This document shows, one piece after another, positions 9,681 through 19,264 of a DNA stretch of 64,000 nucleotides. The first letter of the stretch is position 1. Each line of letters begins with the position of its first letter. Where the stretch lies: the NCBI GenBank assembly GCA_045106895.1, contig JBGCFM010000039.1, positions 96,001 through 160,000 of the forward strand. The letters run 5' to 3'. A program made the translations under genes and the position numbers. Source of the stretch: Polyangiales bacterium (lineage in GTDB: Bacteria > Myxococcota_A > Polyangia > Polyangiales > Houyiibacteriaceae). A model generated the notes under the pieces. It searched no databases. It was not told where the DNA came from and saw only the letters and a list, made by a program, of their open reading frames with translations.

Positions 9681-10238
9681 ATGCCCGAAGTCACGCCCAA
9701 CTTGGTCCCCAAACAGAAGCGCTCCCTGAACATCCTCACGGTGCCCGAGCCCTGCGCGGAGCCATGGGATGAGATGTCCATCAAAGGCGAAGGACGCCGG
9801 CACTGCGATATGTGTATGCAGGATGTCTTCGACCTCTCGACGATGACCCAGCTCGACGCCGAGGCGTTGGTCTTCGAGAACACGGGGAACGTATGCGTGC
9901 GCTTCTTCCGTCGCGAAGACGGCACCATCGTGACGAGCGACTGTACGCCCGTGCGAAAACGAGCTCTCACGCGCGCTGCCGGTGGTGTACTCAAAACAGG
10001 TCTGCGCGTCGCATCGGCGTGCCTCGCTCTGTTGGCGGCGTTCGGCGTAGCCCGTGCCGCTGGCGTCGATATGTTCGGCTGGGCGCGCGGCACCAGTATC
10101 GGGAAGCACTTGCTCATGGAAGAGGTCCCGCAGCCCCTCGCCGGCGCGCCCATGGCCCATTGGGAAGAGCCGGAGGTGGTGAGCGAACCCGTGCAGGACG
10201 AGGCCCCGGCACAGAGCGACACCGGCGGCGACGAATAG
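9681..10238 (+). CDS. Hypothetical protein with an N-terminal Cys cluster and one TM
   Basis: PCAEPWDEM...RHCDMC..VFDLSTMT...VCVRFFRREDGTIVTSDC; GGAAGG RBS before ATG 9681. Confidence 0.7.
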   Translation: MPEVTPNLVPKQKRSLNILTVPEPCAEPWDEMSIKGEGRRHCDMCMQDVFDLSTMTQLDAEALVFENTGNVCVRFFRREDGTIVTSDCTPVRKRALTRAAGGVLKTGLRVASACLALLAAFGVARAAGVDMFGWARGTSIGKHLLMEEVPQPLAGAPMAHWEEPEVVSEPVQDEAPAQSDTGGDE

Positions 10239-10322
10239 GGTTGGCGATTGTTCGTCGCACCGCGCACTTCGAAAGTGGTGTGAATCGTGGGCTTTGACGG
10301 GTAGCGCGGCTACTCTGCGCTC

Positions 10323-12638
10323 ATGAGTCGACTTACTCCTTTTTTTGCGTGCCTCCTGTTTGTCGTCAGCTGTGATTGCGGCGGCGAGGTCGAAGAGGGC
10401 TGCTCGAACGACGGGGATTGTCCCGTGGGCGAGCTCTGCACGGACGGTCTTTGTGTTCAACCCGGTGACGCAGGCCTTGGCGACGTGAGCGCGCCGGACG
10501 CCGGCCCCGGCGACGCGGGCGGAGACGACGCGCCGACGGACCGCTGCGAGCCCACCGAGACGGAGTGCGGCCCCCGCGCCTGCTGCGGCGAAGGCGAGCT
10601 CTGCCGTTTCGATTCGTGCGTCTCGGACTTCGGCCCCTGCGACACGAACGACGACTGCGGCGGCGACAGCTACTGTGACGCGGAGGGGCGTTGTATCCCC
10701 TACGGCGTTCCCGCCGAGCGTGTGAACGACGAGACCTGCAGCCGCACCATCGACATCGACGCCGTCACCCCCGAGGTGCAGTGCCGATGGGTGGGCCCGC
10801 CGGACGGTGACGCAAGGCCGGAGTCCATCCACGTCATGGCGACGCCGGTGGTCATCGACCTGGACCTCGACAACGACGCCACCACGTTGGCTCCCTCCAT
10901 CGTCTTCGCGAGCTTTCCCACGGTGGGCGTCTATCGGGAGCCTGGGGTTCTGCGGATCATCGACGGCGCAACCTGCGAGCAGCAGTTTAGCTTCCCGACA
11001 CCGGAGGATGCTGTGATGTCGCCAGCCGGCGTCGCGGCGGGTGACCTGAACGGAGATGGCCGAGCGGAGATCGTTGCCGTGGGCCACGACGGGGGACTCA
11101 AGGCCTTCGAGTTTGACGGCACGAACTTCACGCGCATCTGGACGAGCGGCGTCTGCGACGGCGCTGGCGGACGCACGGCGGACAACACAGGCGGACGTGA
11201 CGAGTGGGCCGGGCCCTCGATCCACGACCTCGACGACGATGGCGTCCCGGAGCTTCTCCTCGGCGGCGTGGTCTACGGCGCCGATGGCTGCGTGCTCAGC
11301 AGCACCCTGGGCTACCTCGCCTACAGCCAGGGCCTCGTGCCTGTCATCGCCGACGTGGACATGGACGGCCGCATGGAACTCATCTCCGGCGACGGCGTCT
11401 GGGAGTGGGACAGCGATTCCTTCGACTGGGTCGCCGAGACGTGGTTCATCGCCGGTAGCCTGCGCGGACAGGTCGCCGTGGCGGAGCTCGGCGACTTCCC
11501 CATCGCGGCCCTTGGCGGCGCCGACGGCCCTGAAGTCGCCGTAGTCTCGAATGGCACGGCGCGGGTACAGACGCTGGACGGAGTCACGGTCTTCGGCCCC
11601 TTCGCGATCAACGGTGGCGGCCGAGGTGGCGCGCCGACGGTGGCGGACTTTGACGGTGACGGGCGACGCGAGTTCGCCACAGCAGGCGGATCCCAGTACG
11701 TCGTCTACGACCTCGACTGCATCGAAGGCGGCGGCTCCGGCACTTGCGCGAGCGACCGCATCGACGGCGTGCTTTGGACGGCCGGAAGCCAGGACAACAG
11801 CTCCAACGTGACGGGCTCAAGCGTCTTTGACTTTGACGCCGACGGCGCCGCAGAGGTGGTCTACGCCGACGAGTGTTACCTCCGCATCTACGACGGCGCC
11901 GACGGCGAGGTCGTCTACAGCGCCGCGCGTTCCAGCGGCACCGCCTACGAGAACCCGGTCATCGCCGACGTGGACGGCGACTTCCAGTCGGAGATCGTCA
12001 GCGCCGTGAACGACTATGCGGCTGGGCTCGTGTGCCCCGCGACGGACCCGCTGCGCCCCACCACGACGTATGAGCGGAACCACGGCATCGTCGTGCTGCG
12101 CGACACCGAAGACCGATGGGCGGCGTCGCGTCCAGTGTGGAACCAGCACGCCTACGCCGTCACGCACGTCGGCGACCGCGGCGAAATCCCTGCATCGAGC
12201 GCCGTGGCCATCAACTGGACCGACCCGGACTTGAACAACTTCCGCCAGAACGTCCAAGGCGACCTCGAGTCGCTCGGCCTGGCGGACCTCACCGTCGCCG
12301 GAGAAGAAGGCCCCCTGGAAGTCTTCTGCGAAGGCGAAGACGGCCGCGACGCCACCCTCCCCGCGCAGATCTGCAACCGAGGGACGTTGCCCTTGGCCGC
12401 GGGCACCGAGATCGCGTTTCGCCTGGACGCCGAAGACGGCACCGAGCTGTGCCGCACGCCAGTCCCTGTCGCGCTGACTGTCGGCATGTGTTTGGAGGTC
12501 ACCTGCACAGCGACGCTTCCGAGCGCGGAGCGCGTCGACCTTTACGTGGTCGTCGACCCCGACGAGCTAGAGCCCGAGTGCTGGGAAGGAAACAACTTCG
12601 CGCGCTTGGCCGACGTCCGCTGCGTCACCGTCGATTAG
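10323..12638 (+). CDS. FG-GAP/VCBS-repeat surface lipoprotein with Cys-rich N-terminus and CARDB-like C-terminus
   Basis: Repeated DLxxDGxxE/DFDGDG motifs, SSNVTGSSVFDFDADG, WNQHAYAVT, C-terminal VVVDPD...ECWEGNN. Confidence 0.85.
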   Translation: MSRLTPFFACLLFVVSCDCGGEVEEGCSNDGDCPVGELCTDGLCVQPGDAGLGDVSAPDAGPGDAGGDDAPTDRCEPTETECGPRACCGEGELCRFDSCVSDFGPCDTNDDCGGDSYCDAEGRCIPYGVPAERVNDETCSRTIDIDAVTPEVQCRWVGPPDGDARPESIHVMATPVVIDLDLDNDATTLAPSIVFASFPTVGVYREPGVLRIIDGATCEQQFSFPTPEDAVMSPAGVAAGDLNGDGRAEIVAVGHDGGLKAFEFDGTNFTRIWTSGVCDGAGGRTADNTGGRDEWAGPSIHDLDDDGVPELLLGGVVYGADGCVLSSTLGYLAYSQGLVPVIADVDMDGRMELISGDGVWEWDSDSFDWVAETWFIAGSLRGQVAVAELGDFPIAALGGADGPEVAVVSNGTARVQTLDGVTVFGPFAINGGGRGGAPTVADFDGDGRREFATAGGSQYVVYDLDCIEGGGSGTCASDRIDGVLWTAGSQDNSSNVTGSSVFDFDADGAAEVVYADECYLRIYDGADGEVVYSAARSSGTAYENPVIADVDGDFQSEIVSAVNDYAAGLVCPATDPLRPTTTYERNHGIVVLRDTEDRWAASRPVWNQHAYAVTHVGDRGEIPASSAVAINWTDPDLNNFRQNVQGDLESLGLADLTVAGEEGPLEVFCEGEDGRDATLPAQICNRGTLPLAAGTEIAFRLDAEDGTELCRTPVPVALTVGMCLEVTCTATLPSAERVDLYVVVDPDELEPECWEGNNFARLADVRCVTVD

Positions 12639-12662
12639 CGCGCCCACTACGAAGACAAGAGT

Positions 12663-13148
12663 TCAGCAGCCCGTGTCCACTAAGTACCACTGACCATCGG
12701 CCTCGACGGCGATGGTACTCGTGGGTGCGCCGCGAACGCTTCGCTGCGCGGTTCGGCCGCCAAGCTGACGGATGGACGAACGGACACCGCCTTCGTAAAG
12801 CTCGCCGTTTTCGAGGACTTCCTCGATGCACGTGATGACCTCGGCCATTTTTTCGTCCGTCGCCCGCGTCAGCTCTCGCTGCACATCCGCCTGCAGGGCC
12901 GGGTGAAAAAGTGCGGCGAGGCCCACCATGTCTCCTGCTTGGGCGACTTCGATGAGCCGCTCCATAAGCTCGCTAAGTTCGGCTTGGCCTGGCGCGCGGA
13001 CCACGGCTGGCTCTTCCGGGGATGCAGGTATGGAAGGCGCTGAAGCCGCCGGTCCTTCGAGCTGCACAGACACAGGTTCCGGGGCGACTGCTGCCGTCGA
13101 AGCGCAGGAAAACAAGTACGTCGAAGCCAGAAAGGCGAGGGAGCGCAT
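12663..13148 (-). CDS. Hypothetical lipoprotein
   Basis: Lipobox LFSC, Pro/Ala linker, NTF2-like ending EADGQWYLVD. Confidence 0.6.
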   Translation of the reverse strand: MRSLAFLASTYLFSCASTAAVAPEPVSVQLEGPAASAPSIPASPEEPAVVRAPGQAELSELMERLIEVAQAGDMVGLAALFHPALQADVQRELTRATDEKMAEVITCIEEVLENGELYEGGVRSSIRQLGGRTAQRSVRGAPTSTIAVEADGQWYLVDTGC

Positions 13149-13189
13149 GCGGGATCATATCACGGAGGGCGAAGGCGTTTGTCACGCGA

Positions 13190-16100
13190 TCACTCGCGAT
13201 CGATCGCGTGGCGCTCCATCCACCGGTAGAGCGTCATGCGGCTCACGCCGAGGTCCCGCGCGGCCTTGGACTTGTTGCCGTCGGCATCGCGCAGCGCCGC
13301 CACGATGAGCGAGCGATCGAGCTCTGCGTGCGCCCTCTGTCGCGACACGGGCAAAGCCGAGCGCGTAAAGAGGTCTTCCGCCGCGATGAACTCGCCCTCG
13401 GCGACGAGGTGTGCGCGCTCAAGCATCTGTTTGAGCTCGCGCACGTTGCCTGGAAAGTCGTGGTCGATGAGCGCGCGCATCGCTCCCGGCGAGAGGCGCC
13501 GCATATCCGCCGGCGAGAGCGCTGCGACAAGCTCGCCAAGGTCTTCGCTGCGATCACGGAGCGCAGGCAGTTCCACTTGGACGCCGGCGAGGCGGTAGTA
13601 GAGGTCTTGGCGAAAACGACCCGCGTCGATCTCCTGGCGCAGGTCTCGGTTGGTGGCGGCGACAATACGCACGTCGACGCTCAACGTCTGGTTTCCGCCG
13701 ACGGGGCGAATCTCGTTTTCTTGAAGCACGCGCAACAGCCGCGCTTGCATTCGCAGGGGCATCTCGCCGATCTCATCGAGGAAGAGCGTGCCCCCCTCGG
13801 CGCTGCGAAAGAGGCCGGGATGATCGCGTAGGGCGCCGGTGAAGGCGCCGCGGACGTGGCCGAAGAGCTCGCTCTCGAGCAGTGACTCCGTCATGGCGCC
13901 GCAGTTGATGGCGAGGAGCGGGCCTCGTTCTCGCTCGCTACGTTGATGGACGAGGCGCGCGAAGAGCTCTTTACCTGTACCGGACTCTCCCTCGATGAGC
14001 ACCGGCAGCATGGAGGGCGCGACCTTGGTGGCGAGGCGGATGGCGTCTTGAATCGCTCGTGAGCCTCCGACGAGACCGTGGGCCTCCATGGGTGCCGCGA
14101 GGGTGTTCTGAAGTCGCGCGATCTCCAACGCCTGTCGCTCGTTGAGACGTCGAGCATCGACGGTCTCGCGCTCCAGCACCTCTGCGCGAGCCGCCGCCGC
14201 CGCGTGGAGACGCGCGTTCTCGAGGCCGAGACCGAGGACATCGCCGAGGGCCATGAGCCACTCGCGCTCGTGCGGACCAAACGCCGCGGCGGCGAAGCGA
14301 TGGTCGAGGTAAAGGACCCCGACGATAGCGCTCGGAGAGTGCACGGGAACACAAAGAACAGAGCGTAGCCCCATCTCGTGAACGCTGCGGACGGAGGCGA
14401 GGTCCGGGTCTTCGTTGGCTTGGGCCACCAACGTCGACTCGCCCGTTTCGAAGACTCCCTCGACGATGGAGCGGCTGAAGCGCTCGCGGCTTCGTTTCAC
14501 AGACTCGCCGTCGAGGTTGCGGGCGGCGAGGACATGGTGTGCGCCGCGGGGACCACGTCTTAGAAGGAATGCGCGTTCGGCACCGGTGATGGCCACGGCT
14601 TCGTCGAGGGCGGCGCGCAAGACACGCGACTCGTCCGGCTCCAAGAGCACTCGCCGAGAGAGCGCCATCAGCCGACGCGCGGCTTCACCGAGGCCGCCGT
14701 CGGCGCCGCGACGCACGTCGAAAGGCGCTGGCAGAAAACGACGACGCAGTCCCGGGGGAAGAGTCTCGGCGATGGTCTCGCGTTCCAGTCGCAGCGCGTT
14801 TTGTGCTTCTTCGCTCTCCGTCGGCCGAAGACGCGTGAGGCACTCCACGCAGAGGGTGCGTCCTCGAATACGAAGCGCCGGGTCCTGGCTCTCGGACGTG
14901 GCGCGCTGAGCGAGTCGAAGGGCGCTCTCCCAGGCCCCATCGTTTCGGGCGCGCAGGCCTTGGTGGAGGGCAAGACGCGGCCCAAGACCCGCGGCGCGCA
15001 ATGCTCGCTCGTCGAGGGGCGGAAGCTGTCGAGCCGAAGCGCCGGGGAGAAGCGAGAGCTCGTTCCAGAGCAGCGCGGCTTCCATGGCCTGCTGCGGGGC
15101 GCCGAGCTCCTCAAAGGCAGCGTGGGCTTTCGACGCCAAAGTGATCGCTCGAGCCGGGTCGTCTCGGTGGGTCTCCGCTTCGATGAGGTCACACTGGGCG
15201 GCGTAGAGGGCATAGCCGGAGCGCGCGCAGGCTTCGCGGGCGCGCGAGAGCGCCAGGCGCGCCTCGGACATACATTCGAGGGCGACGTAGAGCGACGCGA
15301 GGTTTGTCAGCGCTGCCGCTACGGTAACGATGCGATCCAGCGTACGCGCGAGGTCCGCCGCCTTCTCGTACCCCGCGAGAGCATCGCCGTAGCGGCCAAG
15401 GGCGTGGGCCGCGGTGGCGTAGTTGAGCTCATACGCCGGGAGCCCTTGGGGGTCGCCGGCCTCCCGCGCGTGTTTTCGCGCGCGCTCATAGTTGATGGAC
15501 GCTTCGTCCCAACGTCCGAGGGCAGCGAGAGCGCCGCCAAGACGCGCATGGACCTCCGCGCGCTCGCGCTCGGTTAGGGCGAGGGAGAGCGCCCGCGATG
15601 CGATGGCATGGGCGCTCTCCGCATCTCCTTGGGCGCTGGCCATGTCCGCTTCGATGAGCGACGCACGGAGTCGCTGGACGGGCGCGGTCGCAACGGAGAG
15701 AGCTTCGATGGCGAGGGCACGCGCCTCGGTGAATCGACCGGCGTCCCGCGCCGCCTGAGCGCGGACGCATAGAGCGCGCGCCGCGTCGTCCCCTTTGGCG
15801 ACCTGGAGCGCGCGCTGTGCTTCGGCATCCGCACCATCAAAGTCAGCGAGGCGCAGCAGCCACTCCGCGCGGCGAAGGCGTCCCGGGAGCCGGGTGGCGG
15901 GGATGGCGCAAGCGCCACGAAGATCACCTGTGAGCGCCAAGGCGCGGGCGCGCATCGAAGCCGCGTCCCTGCGGGCGGTCCTCGTTTGGCGCGCCTCGAG
16001 GGCGTCGAGGTAGCGGAGAGCGCGCCGGCCGGCGCCCGCGTCGAGGGCGCGGGAGGCGCGCGCTCGGAGCTTTGCTGCGCTCATCGCGTCGAGGTCCGAG

Positions 16101-17383
16101 GGCTCTTGAGGCGAGGTCCGTCGCGCACACGTGAGCTCTTCGAAGCGGAGCGTGGGGTCCTCGGCGGCCCGCGCGATGAAGGCCTGGAGGCTTGGTCCGC
16201 CGGAGGTGAAGTCCCAGAGCGCGTCCAAGGTCGCGTCGCCCATCGTCGCTCCGAAGGCCGCCGCGAGTTCCGCAGCCTGGGCGCGTTCATAGCGGGGCGC
16301 CGGACAACATTCCGCGCCCGCCCGCTCAAGTTCAATAGCGAGGTCCTCCGAGGCGTCGAGGATGACGACGACGCCCTGGAGAGCCAAGGCGGCGCGAACG
16401 AGGGCGCAGAGAGCAACGCGCGCTTCCTCGTCGGGGCGGCCGGCCATGCGGGCGACGAAAGGCACGTCCAGAGCAGCGAAGTGCTCGACCACGCGCGCGG
16501 CGAGGTTGGAGTCCTGGGTCGCGTCGGCGTCGGGCTCCGCTTCTTCGGCGAGCGTCAGAAGCGGCGCCTGGCCTGAACCAAAACGAAGGACGCGGGCTTC
16601 GCCTCCACTAGAAAAGTGTGCGCCAAAGAGGGCTTCCTCGGCACGCTCGGGACACGCCCCTTGGTAGACGCGGGCGTCCGCCGCCGGCTCAAAGGGGAGA
16701 CGAAGGAGACGCTCGCGTTCGGCGCTGCGGTCGATGGGGCGCGCGGTGACGCCGAGGATCGACAACGCCGCCCCTGCGCTCGCCGGTCGACGCGTTGGGT
16801 CCTCTTGCGCGCACTGATCAGCGAGGGTCTTGACGAGCCCCGTCGGCGTGAATGCATGAAGCGTCTTGCCGACGGCATAGAGGTCGCTCGCCACGGAGAG
16901 CGGCTCGCCGGCGGCAAGCTCCGGCGCGAGGTATCCCGGGGTGCCGCCGACGGGAAGCTCACCGAAAAGGCGGGCCATGCCGAGGTCGATGACGCGAACT
17001 CGACCTGCCTGACCCTCGGCGTGATCATCCTCGCCACTTTGAACGAGGACGTTCTCCGGTTTGAGGTCGCCATGAGCGACACCATGACCGTGAAGACAGA
17101 CCAACGCGCGGAGTAGCCCCTCAGCGAAGGCCGTGAGATCCGTGGGCGCGCCACCCTCGATGTACTCGAAGAGCGCAGCCTCGCCGCACCATCCGTAGCA
17201 GCGGCGAAAAGACGGGTGATGAAGCTGGAGGCTGAGCTGCACTTCGCGGCTCAGGTCCGCCTTGGGGCCTTCCTTGATGAGGACCTGGCGAGCGGCTGTG
17301 GGTTCGTTGGCGCGAAACGTCGTGGGCCCAAGGGCCGTCACGGCGGAGAAACGTCTCGAATGTGTCACATATTCGATACACAT
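13190..17383 (-). CDS. Sigma54-dependent enhancer-binding protein fused to Ser/Thr kinase, TPR and GAF domains
   Basis: Kinase HGDLKPEN, DLG, GTPGYLAPE, SDLYAVG; TPR block; GAF SVLCVP...GVLYLD; Walker A GESGTGKE, GAFTGA, Walker B LFLDEIGE, RQDLYYRL, PGNVREL; Fis HTH AARDLGVSRMTLYR. True start may be GTG 17368. Confidence 0.93.
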   Translation of the reverse strand: MCIEYVTHSRRFSAVTALGPTTFRANEPTAARQVLIKEGPKADLSREVQLSLQLHHPSFRRCYGWCGEAALFEYIEGGAPTDLTAFAEGLLRALVCLHGHGVAHGDLKPENVLVQSGEDDHAEGQAGRVRVIDLGMARLFGELPVGGTPGYLAPELAAGEPLSVASDLYAVGKTLHAFTPTGLVKTLADQCAQEDPTRRPASAGAALSILGVTARPIDRSAERERLLRLPFEPAADARVYQGACPERAEEALFGAHFSSGGEARVLRFGSGQAPLLTLAEEAEPDADATQDSNLAARVVEHFAALDVPFVARMAGRPDEEARVALCALVRAALALQGVVVILDASEDLAIELERAGAECCPAPRYERAQAAELAAAFGATMGDATLDALWDFTSGGPSLQAFIARAAEDPTLRFEELTCARRTSPQEPSDLDAMSAAKLRARASRALDAGAGRRALRYLDALEARQTRTARRDAASMRARALALTGDLRGACAIPATRLPGRLRRAEWLLRLADFDGADAEAQRALQVAKGDDAARALCVRAQAARDAGRFTEARALAIEALSVATAPVQRLRASLIEADMASAQGDAESAHAIASRALSLALTERERAEVHARLGGALAALGRWDEASINYERARKHAREAGDPQGLPAYELNYATAAHALGRYGDALAGYEKAADLARTLDRIVTVAAALTNLASLYVALECMSEARLALSRAREACARSGYALYAAQCDLIEAETHRDDPARAITLASKAHAAFEELGAPQQAMEAALLWNELSLLPGASARQLPPLDERALRAAGLGPRLALHQGLRARNDGAWESALRLAQRATSESQDPALRIRGRTLCVECLTRLRPTESEEAQNALRLERETIAETLPPGLRRRFLPAPFDVRRGADGGLGEAARRLMALSRRVLLEPDESRVLRAALDEAVAITGAERAFLLRRGPRGAHHVLAARNLDGESVKRSRERFSRSIVEGVFETGESTLVAQANEDPDLASVRSVHEMGLRSVLCVPVHSPSAIVGVLYLDHRFAAAAFGPHEREWLMALGDVLGLGLENARLHAAAAARAEVLERETVDARRLNERQALEIARLQNTLAAPMEAHGLVGGSRAIQDAIRLATKVAPSMLPVLIEGESGTGKELFARLVHQRSERERGPLLAINCGAMTESLLESELFGHVRGAFTGALRDHPGLFRSAEGGTLFLDEIGEMPLRMQARLLRVLQENEIRPVGGNQTLSVDVRIVAATNRDLRQEIDAGRFRQDLYYRLAGVQVELPALRDRSEDLGELVAALSPADMRRLSPGAMRALIDHDFPGNVRELKQMLERAHLVAEGEFIAAEDLFTRSALPVSRQRAHAELDRSLIVAALRDADGNKSKAARDLGVSRMTLYRWMERHAIDRE

Positions 17384-17439
17384 ACATGTATCACGTTACA
17401 TCTCGCATGCAAAAACACCTGCGATCCGCGTGCTTTTCT

Positions 17440-17455
17440 TGGCCTGTCTCTTGCG
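17440..17455 (+). promoter_or_regulatory. Sigma54 -24/-12 promoter for the 17480 gene
   Basis: TGGCCTGTCTCTTGCG with exact GG-N10-GC spacing, about 25 bp before ATG 17480, divergent from a sigma54 activator. Confidence 0.8.
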
Positions 17456-17479
17456 ATGAAAGGCGGCAAGGAGACTTAA

Positions 17480-18478
17480 ATGATGATGCGATGGATATGT
17501 TTGATTCCGGTTCTTTGTTGGGGATGCACGGCGGAGCCAGTGACCTCTTCGACGCTCTCTGCCGTTCGATGCGGCCCAGGCCTCGGTTGCCCAGCGGCGT
17601 CCGAATGTGAAGCCGGGGTCTGCGTGGAAGCGTGCGCAAGCGACGCCGATTGCAGCAGCCCAGGCGTGTGCCGAGACGGCGGCTGCTACGGCGATACAGA
17701 CATGGCGGCGGACTGCGCCGCGAGTGATGATTGCGCGATGGGCGAGGTCTGCCGTGAAGGGTCATGCGCCGCCCTTCCCGCTCCGTTGTCCTGCGCTGCC
17801 GACTCAGACTGCGGTGCCGGCGCCTACTGCCTGGCAGGCGAGTGCATCTTCGACGAAGGCGGCGCCGAGTGCGCGGCTAGCGCCGAATGCGCGGAAGGCG
17901 AGATCTGCCTTGGGGACCGCTGCGCCGCGGCCACCGAGGGTGAAGTGTGCGGTAATGGATTCGACGACGACATGGACGGATTCGTCGACGAAGACTGCGG
18001 CTCCGAGTGCCTGAGCGACCGCGACTGCGCCGTCGGCGAAGGTTGCAACGCGGGTCTGTGCGAAGCGCTCGGCGCGACGGAGATTTGCGGCAACGGCATC
18101 GACGACGACAGGGACGGAACCATCGACGAAGACTGCGACACGGCGTGCAGCGCCGACTCCGAATGCGCCGCCGGCGAGCGCTGCTTCGATGGAGCATGCA
18201 TGAGCGGTGACGAAGAGATCTGCGGCAACGGCATCGACGACAACATGGACGGAACCATCGACGAAGACTGCGACACGGCGTGCAGCGCCGACTCCGACTG
18301 CGACGCCGGTGAGAGCTGCTTCGATGGAGCGTGCGCGAGCGGTGACGAAGATATCTGCGGCAACGGTGTCGACGACGACATGGACGGCAGCGTCGACGAG
18401 GGCTGCCGCGGATGCGAGAACGACGCGATGTGCGCCGAAGGCGAGAGCTGCGTGTCCGGGGTCTGCCTGGCCGCGTAA
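17480..18478 (+). CDS. Cys-rich lipoprotein with tandem MopE-like and CxxDxDC repeats
   Basis: AAGGAG RBS; signal ending LCWGC; four EICGNGxDDDxDGxxDEDC units. Confidence 0.85.
   Translation: MMMRWICLIPVLCWGCTAEPVTSSTLSAVRCGPGLGCPAASECEAGVCVEACASDADCSSPGVCRDGGCYGDTDMAADCAASDDCAMGEVCREGSCAALPAPLSCAADSDCGAGAYCLAGECIFDEGGAECAASAECAEGEICLGDRCAAATEGEVCGNGFDDDMDGFVDEDCGSECLSDRDCAVGEGCNAGLCEALGATEICGNGIDDDRDGTIDEDCDTACSADSECAAGERCFDGACMSGDEEICGNGIDDNMDGTIDEDCDTACSADSDCDAGESCFDGACASGDEDICGNGVDDDMDGSVDEGCRGCENDAMCAEGESCVSGVCLAA
17942..18470 (+). repeat. Intragenic tandem repeat, about 135-bp unit, 4 copies
   Basis: Units start at 17942, 18080, 18215 and 18350; the two middle copies are nearly identical at DNA level. 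Confidence 0.9.
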
Positions 18479-18490
18479 AGCGTTTCCCAT

Positions 18491-18532
18491 GAGCCCGCCG
18501 CGCCTCCCCGCGCGGTGGGCTCTCTCTATTTT
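18491..18532 (+). terminator. Intrinsic terminator
   Basis: 13-bp stem gagcccgccgcgc/gcgcggtgggctc (one G-U) followed by tctctatttt, just after the stop at 18478. Confidence 0.65.
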
Positions 18533-18580
18533 CGACCCCTTGCGCCCTTTCCGTTCTGATCGTTTCCTCCGAGCGAACCC

Positions 18581-19195
18581 ATGTTCACGACTATATTCAA
18601 GCGACTTCACTTCAGCTTTCTCTTCCTCTCGGCTTTCGCTTTGGGAGCCACGGCGTGCAACGCGACTCCGTTGCCGCAACCGCCCTCCATCGAGAGCTCG
18701 CAGCTCGAGCTACGCGCAGGTGACAACGTCACGATCCTCGCGGCGAGCGAAGGAGCCGTGAGCGACGGTTTCGCGGGAGAGGTTCGTGTCACAGCCCGGA
18801 GCGGCCGCACCACGCGCACGGTCTCGCCGGATGGGTCGTTCTTGGTCTCGGTCCCCGGAGTGATGGTCAGCGACATCCACTACGTCGAACTCATCAGCGC
18901 CGGCGAGGAGCGCTTTATTCTCGCGGTCCGAGACCTTGGCGCCGGTACCGCCCTCGCGCCGCCGGGCCCCGACGCCGATGCGGATGGGTCGCCGGACGCC
19001 ATCGACTGTGCGCCCGCAGACGAGAGCCTCGTCGGCCAGCAGTGCATGGGCATGTGCTTGGCGGACGACCTCAACTGCGATGGCCTCGACGAAGACTGCG
19101 ATGGCACAATCGACGAGGACTGCACCATGTGCAGCGCGGATGCGGAATGCCTGGCCAGCGAGGCGTGCGTCAGCGGAATGTGCATGCCGCGCTAA
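18581..19195 (+). CDS. Lipoprotein with an Ig-like domain and a C-terminal MopE-like Cys/Asp motif
   Basis: Lipobox ATAC; DADADGSPDAIDC, CDGLDEDCDGTIDEDC. Confidence 0.75.
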   Translation: MFTTIFKRLHFSFLFLSAFALGATACNATPLPQPPSIESSQLELRAGDNVTILAASEGAVSDGFAGEVRVTARSGRTTRTVSPDGSFLVSVPGVMVSDIHYVELISAGEERFILAVRDLGAGTALAPPGPDADADGSPDAIDCAPADESLVGQQCMGMCLADDLNCDGLDEDCDGTIDEDCTMCSADAECLASEACVSGMCMPR

Positions 19196-19264
19196 GGCAC
19201 GACAACGTGGGACACCTTCGTTTCCACTTCCCCAGTTCGTACACAGAACAAACGAGGGACCTCC

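Noticed and set aside
9669..11225. Long antisense or alternate-frame ORFs (also 52974..54338, 26728..27936, 40824..41948, 62587..63675)
   Set aside because: Shadow ORFs expected in high-GC DNA; each overlaps a better-supported gene and has no motifs.
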